Assembly (NCBI GenBank): GCA_964016885.1 | Contig: OZ024745.1 | Coordinates: 5,084,001 to 5,148,000 of the forward strand | Direction: 5' to 3' | DNA: 64,000 nucleotides | Source of the DNA: Eledone cirrhosa | Taxonomy: Eukaryota | Shown here: positions 44,942-55,778 of the stretch, in pieces | How the letters are laid out: every line of letters begins with the position of its first letter | Position numbering within the stretch: the first letter of the stretch is position 1 | The notes under the pieces: generated by a model | What the model was told of the DNA's origin: nothing | Seen by the model: the letters and a program-made list of their open reading frames with translations, nothing else | The model's database searches: none | Position numbers and translations under genes: made by a program

Positions 44942-47900
44942 CCTGACTGTCAAGTAATAATGGGGTATGATCTAACATGTAGAATTTAATTTGTACTCCT
45001 GACTATCTAACATGTAGTGTTTAGTTAGTACTCCTGACTATCTAATATGTAGAGTGTAGTTAGTATTCCTGACTATCAAGTAATAGTGGGGTATGATCTA
45101 ATATGGAGAGTTCAATTAGTACCACTGACTATCAAGTAATATTGGGGTATGATCTAATATGGAGAGTTCAGTTAGTACGACTGACTATCATGTAATAGTG
45201 GGGTATGATCTAATATGGAGAGTTCAGTTAGTACCACGGACTATCAAGTAATATTGGGGTATGATCTAATATGTAGAGTTTAGTTAGTACTCCTGACTAT
45301 CAAGTAATAGTGGGGTATGATCTAACATGTAGAGTTTAGTTAGTACTCCTGACTATCAAGTAATAGTGGGGTATGATCTAATATGGAGAGTTCAGTTCGT
45401 ACAACTGAGTATCAAGTAATATTGGGGTATGATCTAATATGGAGAGTTCAGTTAGTACGACTGACTATCATGTAATAGTGGGGTATGATCTAATATGGAG
45501 AGTTCAGTTAGTACCACGGACTATCAAGTAATATTGGGGTATGATCTAATATGGAGAGTTCAGTTAGTACGACTGACTATCATGTAATAGTGGGGTATGA
45601 TCTAATATGGAGAGTTCAGTTAGTACGACTGACTATCAAGTAATATTGGGGTATGATCTAATATGGAGAGTTCAGTTAGTACCACGGACTATCAAGTAAT
45701 ATGGGGTATGATCTAATATGTAGAGTTTAGTTAGTACTCCTGACTATCAAGTAATAGTGGGGTATGATCTAATATGTAGAGTTTAGTTAGTACTCCTGAC
45801 TATCAAGTAATAGTGGGGTATGATCTAATATGGAGAGTTCAGTTCGTACCACTGACTATCAAGTAATATTGGGGTATGATCTAATATGGAGAGTTCAGTT
45901 AGTACGACTGACTATCATGTAATAGTGGGGTATGATCTAATATGGAGAGTTCAGTTAGTACCACGGACTATCAAGTAATATTGGGGTATGATCTAATATG
46001 GAGAGTTCAGTTAGTACGACTGACTATCATGTAATAGTGGGGTATGATCTAATATGGAGAGTTCAGTTAGTACGACTGACTATCAAGTAATATTGGGGTA
46101 TGATCTAATATGGAGAGTTCAGTTAGTACCACGGACTATCAAGTAATATTGGGGTATGATCTAATATGGAGAGTTCAGTTAGTACCACTGACTATCAAGT
46201 AATATTGGGGTATGATCTAATATGGAGAGTTCAGTTAGTACCACTGACTATCAAGTAATATTGGGGTATGATCTAATATGGAGAGTTCAGTTAGTACGAC
46301 TGACTATCATGTAATAGTGGTGTATGATCTAATATGGAGAGTTCAGTTAGTACCACTGACTATCAAGTAATATTGGGGTATGATCTAATATGGAGAGTTC
46401 AGTTAGTATGACTGACTATCTAATATGGAGAGTTCAGTTATTACGACTGACTATCAAGTAATAGTGGGGTATGATCTAATATGGAGAGTTCAGTTAGTAC
46501 CACTGACTATCAAGTAATAGTGGGGTATGATCTAATATGGAGAGTTCAGTTAGTACAACTGACTATCAAGTAATAGGGGGGTATGATCTAATATGGAGAG
46601 TTCAGTTAGTACTCCTGACTATCTAATATGGAGAGTTCAGTTAGTACGACTGACTATCAAGTAATAGTGGGGTATGATCTAATATGGAGAGTTCAGTTAG
46701 TACCACTGACTATCAAGTAATAGTGGGGTATGATCTAATATGGAGAGTTCAGTTAGTACGACTGACTATCAAGTAATAGTGGGGTATGATCTAATATGGA
46801 GAGTTCAGTTAGTACGACTGACTATCAAGTAATAGTGGGGTATGATCTAATATGGAGAGTTCAGTTAGTACCACTGACTATCAAGTAATATTGGGGTATG
46901 ATCTAATATGGAGAGTTCAGTTAGTACCACTGACTATCAAGTAATAGTGGAGTATGATCTAATATGATCTAATATGGAGAGTTCAGTTAGTACCACTGAC
47001 TATCAAGTAATAGTGGGGTATGATCTAATATGGAGAGTTCAGTTAGTACGACTGACTATCAAGTAATAGTGGGGTATGATCTAATATGGAGAGTTCAGTT
47101 AGTACAACTGACTATCAAGTAATAGTGGGGTATGATCTAATATGGAGAGTTCAGTTAGTGTCACTGACTATCATGTAATAGTGGGGTATGATCTAATATG
47201 GAGAGTTCAGTTAGTACCACTGACTATCAAGTAATAGTGAGGTATGATCTAATATGGAGAGTTCAGTTAGTACGACTGACTATCAAGTAATAGTGGGGTA
47301 TGATCTAATAGGGAGAGTTCAGTTAGTGTCACTGACTATCAAGTAATAGTGGGTATGATCTAATATGGAGAGTTGAGTTAGTACGACTGACTATCAAGTA
47401 ATAGTGGGGTATGATCTAATATGGAGAGTTCAGTTAGTACGACTGACTATCAAGTAATAGTGGGGTATGATCTAATATGAAGAGTTCAGTTAGTACCACT
47501 GACTATCAAGTAATATTGGGGTATGATCTAATATGGAGAGTTCAGTTAGTACCACTGACTATCAAGTAATAGTGGGGTATGATCTAATATGGAGAGTTCA
47601 GTTAGTACGACTGACTATCAAGTAACAGTGGGGTATGATCTAATAAGGAGAGTTCAGTTAGTACGACTGACTATCAAGTAATAGTGCTGTATGATCTAAT
47701 ATGGAGAGTTCAGTTAGTACGACTGACTATCAAGTAATAGTGGGGTATGATCTAATATGGAGAGTTCAGTTAGTACGACTGACTATCAAGTAATAGTGGG
47801 GTATGATCTAATATGGAGAGTTCAGTTAGTGTCACTGACTATCAAGTAATTGTGTGGTATGATCTAATATGGAGAGTTTAGTTAGTACCACTGACTATCA

Positions 47901-48011
47901 AGTAATAGTGGGGTATGATCTAATATGGAGAGTTCCGTTAGTACGACTGACTATCAAGTAATAGTGGGGTATGATCTAATATGGAGAGTTCAGTTAGTAC
48001 CACTGACTATC
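44942..48011 (+). repeat. 56-bp tandem satellite, about 55 units
   Basis: Consensus CTGACTATCAAGTAATAGTGGGGTATGATCTAATATGGAGAGTTCAGTTAGTAC(G/C)A, period 56 (e.g. 45181 to 45237). It includes 35-bp deletion units. Confidence 0.98.
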
Positions 48012-48015
48012 TTAC

Positions 48016-48054
48016 TACTGTTTGGTAATATTCCAGTTTTACCAAATATCTTCT
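48016..48054 (+). repeat. 39-bp direct repeat, right copy
   Basis: TACTGTTTGGTAATATTCCAGTTTTACCAAATATCTTCT, containing the 8-bp inverted repeat TTTGGTAA/TTACCAAA. Confidence 0.9.
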
Positions 48055-48237
48055 ACCAACCTATCTTACTAACTCTACTATTTATTCAGACAGAATCAAA
48101 TTATTAGAGTCTAGTTTACTGTTCTTGTTGATGTTGTTGTGACTTTTGTTGTTGATGTTATGGTAGTTTTTGTTCATTTATTTAAAAATAATACCATGTA
48201 TCTTATTTCCATTTTCTTTTCTTGCCTTGGAATTGTG

Positions 48238-48690
48238 TCTCCCACCATCTCCCACCACCTCCCACCACCATCTCCCACCACCTCCCACTGCCATCTCCCA
48301 CTCCCTCCCACAATCTCCCACTGTCTTCCACCATCTCCCACCATTTCCCACTGTCTCCCACCATCTTCCACCATCTTCCACCATCTCCCACCATCACCCC
48401 CTCTCCCATCACCTCCCACCACCTCCCACCATCTCCCCCATCTCCCACCTCACCATCATCTCCCACCATCTCCCATCATCTCCCACCATTTCCCACCATT
48501 TCTCACCCCACCCTATCTCCCACCATCTCCCACCACCACCACCTTCTACCACCATCTCCCACCACCATCGCCATCTCCCACCATTTTTCACCAGTTCCCA
48601 CCCACCCCCATCTCACACCACCACTGCCATCTCCCATCATCTCCCACCACCACCACCACCACCACCACCGCCATCTCCCACCATCTCCCA
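48238..48690 (+). repeat. Degenerate C-rich (CCACCATCTC)n-type low-complexity tract
   Basis: Read directly. It produces spurious Pro/His- and Gly/Trp-rich ORFs in all six frames. Confidence 0.95.
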
Positions 48691-48740
48691 CAGTGGTGTA
48701 TGATGATGTGGCTAACATGCCTCTATGTCTTTGTTTCTAG

Positions 48741-48884
48741 TTACAAACACTTGTAGTTGATCTGCAACAAGAGAAGCTGGAACTCCGTCGCCAACACTCC
48801 CATAACATAAAGAACATGTTAGATGAGACCAACACTAGATTGGAGAAAATGGAGGAAGCTTATCAAAAACAAAATGATGAAAAT
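48741..48884 (+). CDS. CEP112: CEP112-like internal exon A (144 nt, phase 0/0): LQTLVVDLQQEKLELRRQHSHNIKNMLDETNTRLEKMEEAYQKQNDEN
   Basis: Acceptor tctttgtttctAG and donor GTAAGT flank an open frame. The peptide matches the recalled vertebrate CEP112 segment QEKFDLQKQHTENIQELLEDTNVRLNKMESEY (recalled, not searched). Confidence 0.88.
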
Positions 48885-49175
48885 GTAAGTGAAATATTCT
48901 GTTTATTTAGGATTTCATTGACAGAAATATCTCAGTTGCTAATAAACTATTGAAAATGGATTTAATAACCTTTCAATAGTTAAATATTATTGCATTTAAG
49001 AAATCTTTATATCCAGTATTTTAATACTTTCTTCTTTCAATTTTGGAATTTTATTCTTTAAAATATGAATTTTCTTTCTATAAATGTTATATCAGTTATT
49101 TTTGCATTTTATTAATAATTATTTTACATAATTTTCAGAAGTTTTTTTTAGAAATTGCATTAACTATTAGTAAGG

Positions 49176-49254
49176 TCATCATCATCATCATCATCATCAT
49201 CATCACCACCACCACCGTTTTACGTCCAATTTTCCACGCTAGCATGGGTTAGAC
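49176..49254 (-). mobile_element. 3' tip of a (GAT)n-tailed SINE/RTE-related repeat
   Basis: (CAT)n followed by CGTTTTACGTCCAATTTTCCACGCTAGCATGGGTTAGA. This is the reverse complement of the motifs at 61169-61231 and 61932-61986. Confidence 0.7.
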
Positions 49255-51162
49255 TAAGGTATTTAATAAAATGTAATCAATATGGATGAGAATTTGTTCA
49301 ATGTTTTCCTGTCGCTTAAACTTAGATTTCTTTAATTGGCAGTATTGTTTCCCTGCCTCTCATTTAATTGCAGTTTTTGATGGAACAATTTTCTCCAATC
49401 TCTATAGTTAGCCGCGCAAGAAACCTTCAGGGTCCAGTTGTTACCATCTTCTTATAATTATTTGCTGAGAATGAAATATTTAGAATTTTTATATCAGCTA
49501 ATTTGACAGAATATTTGTATAATAGGAAGAGATATTTTAGAGTGGAGTTGATGAGTTTGGATAAATTTGTATGCTGTGGAGAGAAGAGGAATCTGGTGTC
49601 TTAGAATTGTCACAGAAAGAACTAATGATTATGTGGTTTAAAGTAGTTCTGGGAATAAATAGGTTAAGGTTGGGGGGGGGGGGAAATAAAGGGGTGGAGA
49701 GGGTGTAAGTTTTTAAGAAATAATAAATCACTTGGAAGGGAGAGAAGATATGTATTGACATGTATGTAGTAAGTTAGTGGAAAGAGTGAGGTGTAGTGTG
49801 TGTGTTTGGTGGGGTGATAGTGATGATGAGTTATATAAGTGGTGTGGAAGGTAAGGAATATAGGAGGAGGGAAGGGTAAAGTGGAAGGGGCAGGAGTTGA
49901 TAGTGAGTCAATGGCTAGAGTGAAGTGAAAGAGTAGCCAAGCAAAGAAATAGGTTGTTATATATATATATATATACTAGCAGAAGTACCCGGCGTTGCCC
50001 GGGTGTAAGTCGACCTTTGGTCTGTTAGAATGTGTGAAAGTTACTTCCCGCGCATCACAGGTTCAAAACTTCGAACTTCAATGGAAAAAAATAGGTTAGT
50101 AGACACAGGTGTGTAATTTATTAATTGTAGTTACACAGTGTATCGTTGAAATTGTTCTCTGCACGACTGACGGAAGTCAAAATCGCTTGATATTGAATGT
50201 TCAGTTAATTTAAAGCAGGGTGAAAATGTCGATTACTTTCAGGGTTTTTATTTTTTTACAATTTTTGCGCTCACATGTGCAGAAGAAGAATTAAAAGGGC
50301 CTTTATCTTAACCGCGGCATAATGGCGAGTCTTTTGTGACAGTTTTCAAGAATATAGGACGTTCCTGTAAAAAGTTTTCCTATGTGTAACTTTGCCTTGT
50401 TTTTTTGCGCAAAGTTGAGCCCCGCTTCAGTTTTATTGATTTTTTACATCAATGCGTGATCTCTGAAGTAGATTTGAGTAGCTAAAAACCTGTCCCGGTA
50501 AATTTGCTATAGGTGAAAAAAAGTTGATCAAAATTGTATCTAGGGTTATTACCCTTTGCCACAGCCTCAAGCCTCGTCTGACGGGATGTTGGTGATTCCT
50601 CCGTCAGCGCTTGTTGGCGACGAAGGCGAACATCAGCAAGCCTTGTCATACGTGATGTTGGTGACTCAACCAGCCGGGAAAGACGTCTATCAGCGAGTCG
50701 AGATTCGCGCTCAGCAGGTGTTTCCTAGAGAAAATTAATTAATTCTACTGGTTAGCTAAGCCAATGGCAGTGTCAATAGTAAATGAGAAAAGTCTAACAT
50801 GAACAAAAGGGAATCAAGGTAAGACAATAAATTTAATATAACTACGATTAGAATATTGTAGTTGCTTAAAAGTGGTGACAGTTAGGATAAACGCAGTACT
50901 TGCTAACATTAAGGGAGAATATTGCATAAAGGATTAATCAATTGTGAATGGACTCATACCAGAGAATGCCTAATTCGTTGTCTCAAAGCAATAGCTGTTC
51001 CTTTTTTGGAGGTAAGTCTTGAACGTTTCCGTGTGGGCATAACGACGTGTAACGAAGCTGTTAGGTTAGAGAGAGGTGATTAAATACAGAGAGAGATGAC
51101 ACCAGATTCGTTAGCATCGTTACTGGTGAATGAGAAGGTTTGGAAATATGATTACAATAACT

Positions 51163-51420
51163 TACCGAATTTTCTCGTCTATAAATTGCACTTAAAATAA
51201 TTAAATTTAATCAAAAAACAGCTCTGCGCTTTATACTCCGGTGAGCCTTATGTATAAATAATACAATGGTAATCAATCACGGCTCTAACAGAAGTAATAG
51301 ATCTAGACTAAAAGTAAAGAAGATAGCATTTTCTGGTTGGCCTTACACGCCGTTGCGTGGACCTGATTTTAAATGATACGCCTTATATCCTGGTGAGCCT
51401 TATAGAGCGGAAAATATCTA
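51163..51420. mobile_element. Degenerate Tc2/pogo-like MITE nested in the Helitron
   Basis: The left end TA-CCGAATTTTCTCGTCTATAA and the right end TTATAGAGCGGAAAATATC-TA are imperfect inverted repeats. The internal motif GGTGAGCCTTAT occurs twice. Confidence 0.45.
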
Positions 51421-52305
51421 TTGGAAAAGAATACGAATTCATGACCAAGGTGTGACAAAATAGGCGTCTATACAGCGCCTGAAACAAACTTGTCCAAAAC
51501 CCTAGGATTTTTCTCGTTAAGTATCCACCCAAAAGGAACCGTTTTTTAGTTACAAAAAATAACCAAAGTGTATAGTAGCTATATTTCTGACATATCATGC
51601 CAAAAAGAACAATATATTCAAAAAATGTTCTAAAGTACATTCAATCTCTCTTTTTAACCGATATCTTAATAAGCAAGTTATCGATTTTTTATTGGCTGTC
51701 AGTGTCTATCTGCATGCAGGTGTGCACGTGTGCGCAATTAATTGCAAATACGCTCATAACATTTAGTCGTAAGCAGAACAAAAAATGCCATTAGAGGTGG
51801 GCTAATAATGAAGACACAAACCCTGGTGAACTTACGTTTAAACACCCGAAAAGTTACTCACTTCCTGTGCAAAAGACTGTATTATAAATTAAGTAATTTT
51901 TTAGAATCTTTTGTTTAAAAAAGGAAAACATTGGTACGACGTAAATTTTTTTACTTGTATTGTATGTGTACAACACAACTTGGTCAACGTATTATTTAGT
52001 AATTTTTTTTTCAAAAAGCAGGATTATTTAAGACTGTTTGAAAATTTACTCACAGCTTTTAGGTTCACAAAAGACACCATTAAATTTGGTTCCCTTTTCA
52101 GATAGGGATAATACTGTATTTCCACTTGAATAAGGTGGAATATGAAAAGATAAACTCTTTAATGGTCGGTAGTTTACTGAGACAGCTGGGAAGACATGCA
52201 GCTGGCCATCCAATCAATAACGCAGGTCCTTATATGGGCATATGAAATTTATTTTTATTGCGCCAGATGTAAACTAAGAGTTCTTGTGTTCGAATTCACA
52301 TAAAA

Positions 52306-52383
52306 TTTCATTGGAATCGAAAAACATTCTGTCATATCGATTTTTTCATTGGAATCGAAAAACATTCTGCCATATCGATTTTT
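52306..52383 (+). repeat. 38-bp tandem duplication inside the Helitron
   Basis: TTTCATTGGAATCGAAAAACATTCTG(T/C)CATATCGATTT occurs twice. Confidence 0.9.
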
Positions 52384-53186
52384 CGAAAATTTCAAGTAGC
52401 CTATTCCACTCTACGCGTTGAGTTTTATATATGTGTGAGGTTTCATGAAAATTGGATGAATGGTGTAGCATGCAAGTTCGGTACACTAAACAATGTCCAT
52501 CTTCCCTTTATATATATAGATATATATATATATATATAGTGTTAAAAGAGAAGAGAGAGAGAGAGCAAGGCAAGAAGGAGCTTAATTAGTAGTGAGAAAG
52601 GTGTTTTCCCACATGAGTTTGTTGCTACACACACACACATACACACACAGGAATCTAATATTTCCAGCTTTTGTCCCTTAAAATATTAAACAGGTCCGCA
52701 GTGAATTGTAGGAGTTTATTGTGAGTTGAAACCTGACTCCCATTGACTGCAGACAATCAGGCTGACCTCCCCCCAATTATATATGGTGGAAGCTCCCCTA
52801 AATGAGTCCTACCTTTTTACAGCCTACACTTGCTGGTAAATACCTTGTAACAAAGATACCAATAGTTATATTCATACTAGATTAGAAAACAATGCAGTTA
52901 TTAATAAGAAGAGTTGAAATTAATGCATGAAGATTTCACAGCTCTAGCATCACTCCTTCATAGTCAGCCTATGAACTTTTAAGCTGACTTTCGTATTGTT
53001 TGCTGTTGTAGCTGCTTCCTATTGAAATTTCTAAGATATTATTTAAATGCTTCCTTTAACGTGACCTCCCCCTCTCCCTCTTCCCCCTCTCTCCCTCTTT
53101 CTCATACACACATGAAAGTTAATGTGTTATCTTGTATTTTAATAAGATTGAAAAGTTGAAGGTAAAGTTGAATCTGTGATCTGCTT

Positions 53187-53741
53187 CTGATCTCCTATAA
53201 TAACCACAACAGAACCTATAGGAATTCCTCTGATCTCCTATTATAACCACAACAGAACCTATAGGAATTCCTCTGATCTCCTATTATAACCACAACAGAA
53301 CCTATAGGAATTCCTCTGATCTCCTATTATAACCACAACAGAACCTATAGGAATTCCTCTGATCTCCTATTATAACCACAACAGAACCTATAGGAATTCC
53401 TCTGATCTCCTATTATAACCACAACAGAACCTATAGGAATTCCTCTGATCTCCTATTATAACCACAACAGAACCTATAGGAATTCCTCTGATCCCCTATT
53501 ATAACCACAACAGAACCTATAGGAATTCCTCTGATCTCCTATTATAACCACAACAGAACCTATATGAATTCCTCTGATCCCCTATTATAATCACAACAGA
53601 ACCTATAGGAATTCCTCTGATCTCCTATTATAACCACAACAGAACCTATAGGAATTCCTCTGATCTATTATAAGCACAACAGAACCTATAGGAATTCCTC
53701 TGATCTCCTATTATAACCACAACAGAACCTATAGGAATTCC
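53187..53741 (+). repeat. 43-bp minisatellite, 13 copies
   Basis: Unit CTCTGATCTCCTATTATAACCACAACAGAACCTATAGGAATTC, period 43 (53221, 53264, 53307 and onward), with one 40-bp unit. Confidence 0.97.
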
Positions 53742-54093
53742 ACATTTTATAAACTTTCTCATTTCTATTTTGCTACATAAAGCCATAGATCTTCATAATA
53801 TTGTTTCATTGAGTTAAATCTTTGGTTGTTTTTGATTTTGTTTCATAGTTGAGGCTATTTAAAGCACAACATATGAACACATGTGGTGACAAGTGAAATA
53901 ATATTATTGATTATATTTATGCTATTAACTTACAAACATTACAACTGACATTTCTTCATAGCCGAAATCAATACAGTTAATCCCTTATGGCTAGATATCA
54001 ATGACTTTGAACATTCAAACAATTGTCTTTCTATTCATTTACAGGAGTTGAGTAAAATATTGATTGAATTGATTGATTGATTTTATTTAACAG

Positions 54094-54248
54094 ATAAATA
54101 TGATCAAAGATCTGGAGGGAAGAGTTCAAGAGCTTCTTCTTGAAGCAGATTCAGTTTCTAAGAATCGGAATATTTTGGAAAGTGAAAACAAAGAACTTCA
54201 AATAACTCTTGCAAACCAAAATGAAGAAATTCAATCTTTAAAACAAAG
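54094..54248 (+). CDS. CEP112: CEP112-like internal exon B (155 nt, phase 0/2): INMIKDLEGRVQELLLEADSVSKNRNILESENKELQITLANQNEEIQSLKQ
   Basis: Acceptor ttttatttaacAG, donor AG|GTAATT, in frame with exon A. MIKDLEGRVQEL matches recalled CEP112 MIKELEARVQQL. Confidence 0.88.
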
Positions 54249-54342
54249 GTAATTAATCTGTATAGATTGTTGTATGAATTTATTGAAACTGAAACATAGC
54301 ATGCAATTATTTCTAGAAGCGTTTATTTTCATTATCAGTATT

Positions 54343-54515
54343 GGTAGAGGGTCGGACGCCATGCTTTGACGCATAGAGTTACGGCCCTTGCCATTCTGAG
54401 TTCAAATCCCGCCGAGGTTAACTTTGCCTTTCATCCTTACGGGGTCGATAAAATAAAGTACCAGTAATGCACTGGGTAATTGCTGGCCTTGTGCCAAACG
54501 TAGAAACAATTATTT
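54343..54515 (+). mobile_element. tRNA-derived SINE, short-tail type
   Basis: B-box-like GAGTTCAAATCCC followed by GCCGAGGTTAACTTTGCCTTTCATCC...GATAAAATAAAGTACCAG. Near-identical to the copy at 62423-62584. Confidence 0.8.
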
Positions 54516-54569
54516 TTTTTGCTGTTGTTGTTGCCCATTTTTGTAAACATTGCCACTTAGATGTTAAAT

Positions 54570-55480
54570 GATGTGGATATTTCAGTTAGGGAGCAGTCAA
54601 CAACATGTTGACAGAGGTCCCTCACTTCAACCTCACCTGTGTTTCCTGTAACTTTGTATCAATTTAGATTCTACACAGTCCTCTGTCAGATATACATCCT
54701 AATGCTCCGATCATCACTGGAATTATTAAAATCTTCTTCAGTCCCCACAACTTTCCAACCTCCTCAGTGGTTCATACTTCTCCATCTTTTCATGTTCATT
54801 ATTCTTCACTCTAATATTTCCTGGGACAGATATATCGATAATTTGAGCCTCTTTTTTCTTCTTGTTCACAACTAAAATGTCTGGCCCTTTTGCCTCAATT
54901 ATTCTATCACATTGAATGGTGAAATCCCACAAAAGCTAAAATTCCTCATTCTCTAATAACCTTTCTGGTCTTGGTTCATACCATTCAGTTGCTCTGATAA
55001 ACCCCTCATTTCTCGAATATCATCCAATTGATCTACCTGGCAACATTATCCTCTCGTTTTCTGTATTCACGCTATGCCAACTTAACACATTTACTTATAA
55101 TATGGCTGACAGATTCTCCTTTTGTTCTACACATTCTACATAATGATGATTTCAATGTTTTGTCAATATGATGTTTAATGTTAGTTCAAAGAGATTGTTT
55201 CTAGACACTACACACCAGATTCAGTACATCCTCTCAGACCATTTTTAAGCCATCACCAACTCTTTTCCCAATCAATGTCTACTTTATCTCTAGTGTATTG
55301 TCCATAGATTTATCCTTCCATTCCTTTTAACTTCAGATTTCACTCTCATCTTAGGTGTTATTGCAGCTGCAGTTTTAGTGTGTCAAGGTCTCTTACTTTT
55401 CACATGATCTTACCCTTTATAAGGAACCAAGCTAGGTTGTTTTCTTTGCATTTGACATAGTTTCCACAACTTAGTCCCTG
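54570..55480 (-). mobile_element. Decayed R4/Dong-like non-LTR retrotransposon 3' fragment (CCHC knuckle plus restriction-like endonuclease)
   Basis: The minus strand reads CRMCRTKGESVSHIISKCVKLA*REYRKREDNVAR* and then WDFTIQCDRIIEAKGPDILVVNK..IIDISVP..EHEKMEKY, with in-frame stops. Boundaries are approximate. Confidence 0.82.
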
Positions 55481-55778
55481 ACACCAACCAGTGTGATTTC
55501 TGAGGTTCCATACACAGATAAATGTATGACTAAGGAGTCCCATCTTCCCCAGTTTTCATACCAGAGTCATCTTTGTCCTAGACAGACTGCCACACAAGGT
55601 TGACGAATTTTGTCTACGCACACACATACATAAATATACACATCCATATACACAAAATTATTATATACACATACACTCACATAAGAACATGCATACACAT
55701 ATACATATGCAAACTTATGTATATACAGCTACCGTTTTGCTTTATATGCAATAAGTATATGCATGGATTGATGGTGTC

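Larger units (their letters stand above)
49976..52520 (-). mobile_element. Non-autonomous Helitron (about 2.55 kb) inserted in a (TA)n tract
   Basis: The minus strand begins 5'-TCTATATATATAAAGGG and ends ACCCGG-GCAACG-CCGGGT-ACTTCTG-CTAG-3'. It sits between A and T with no TSD, which are canonical Helitron termini. No RepHel ORF. Confidence 0.85.

Noticed and set aside
1-48011. CRISPR array (29-bp repeat length is CRISPR-like)
   Set aside because: The monomers are directly adjacent with no unique spacers, there are no cas genes, and the context is spliceosomal and eukaryotic.
47925-48756. Extensin-like Pro/His-rich and Gly/Trp-rich ORFs
   Set aside because: The ORFs are open in all six frames because of the low-complexity tract. 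They lack splice or codon support, and the real exon begins at 48741 in a different context.
48751-48756. Alternative acceptor TTGTAG inside exon A
   Set aside because: Using it would shift the entry phase. The upstream AG at 48739-48740 has the better pyrimidine tract and gives a 48-codon exon consistent with the recalled homologue.
54343-54515. tRNA gene
   Set aside because: Only a B-box-like motif is present, with no cloverleaf. It is a multi-copy SINE.
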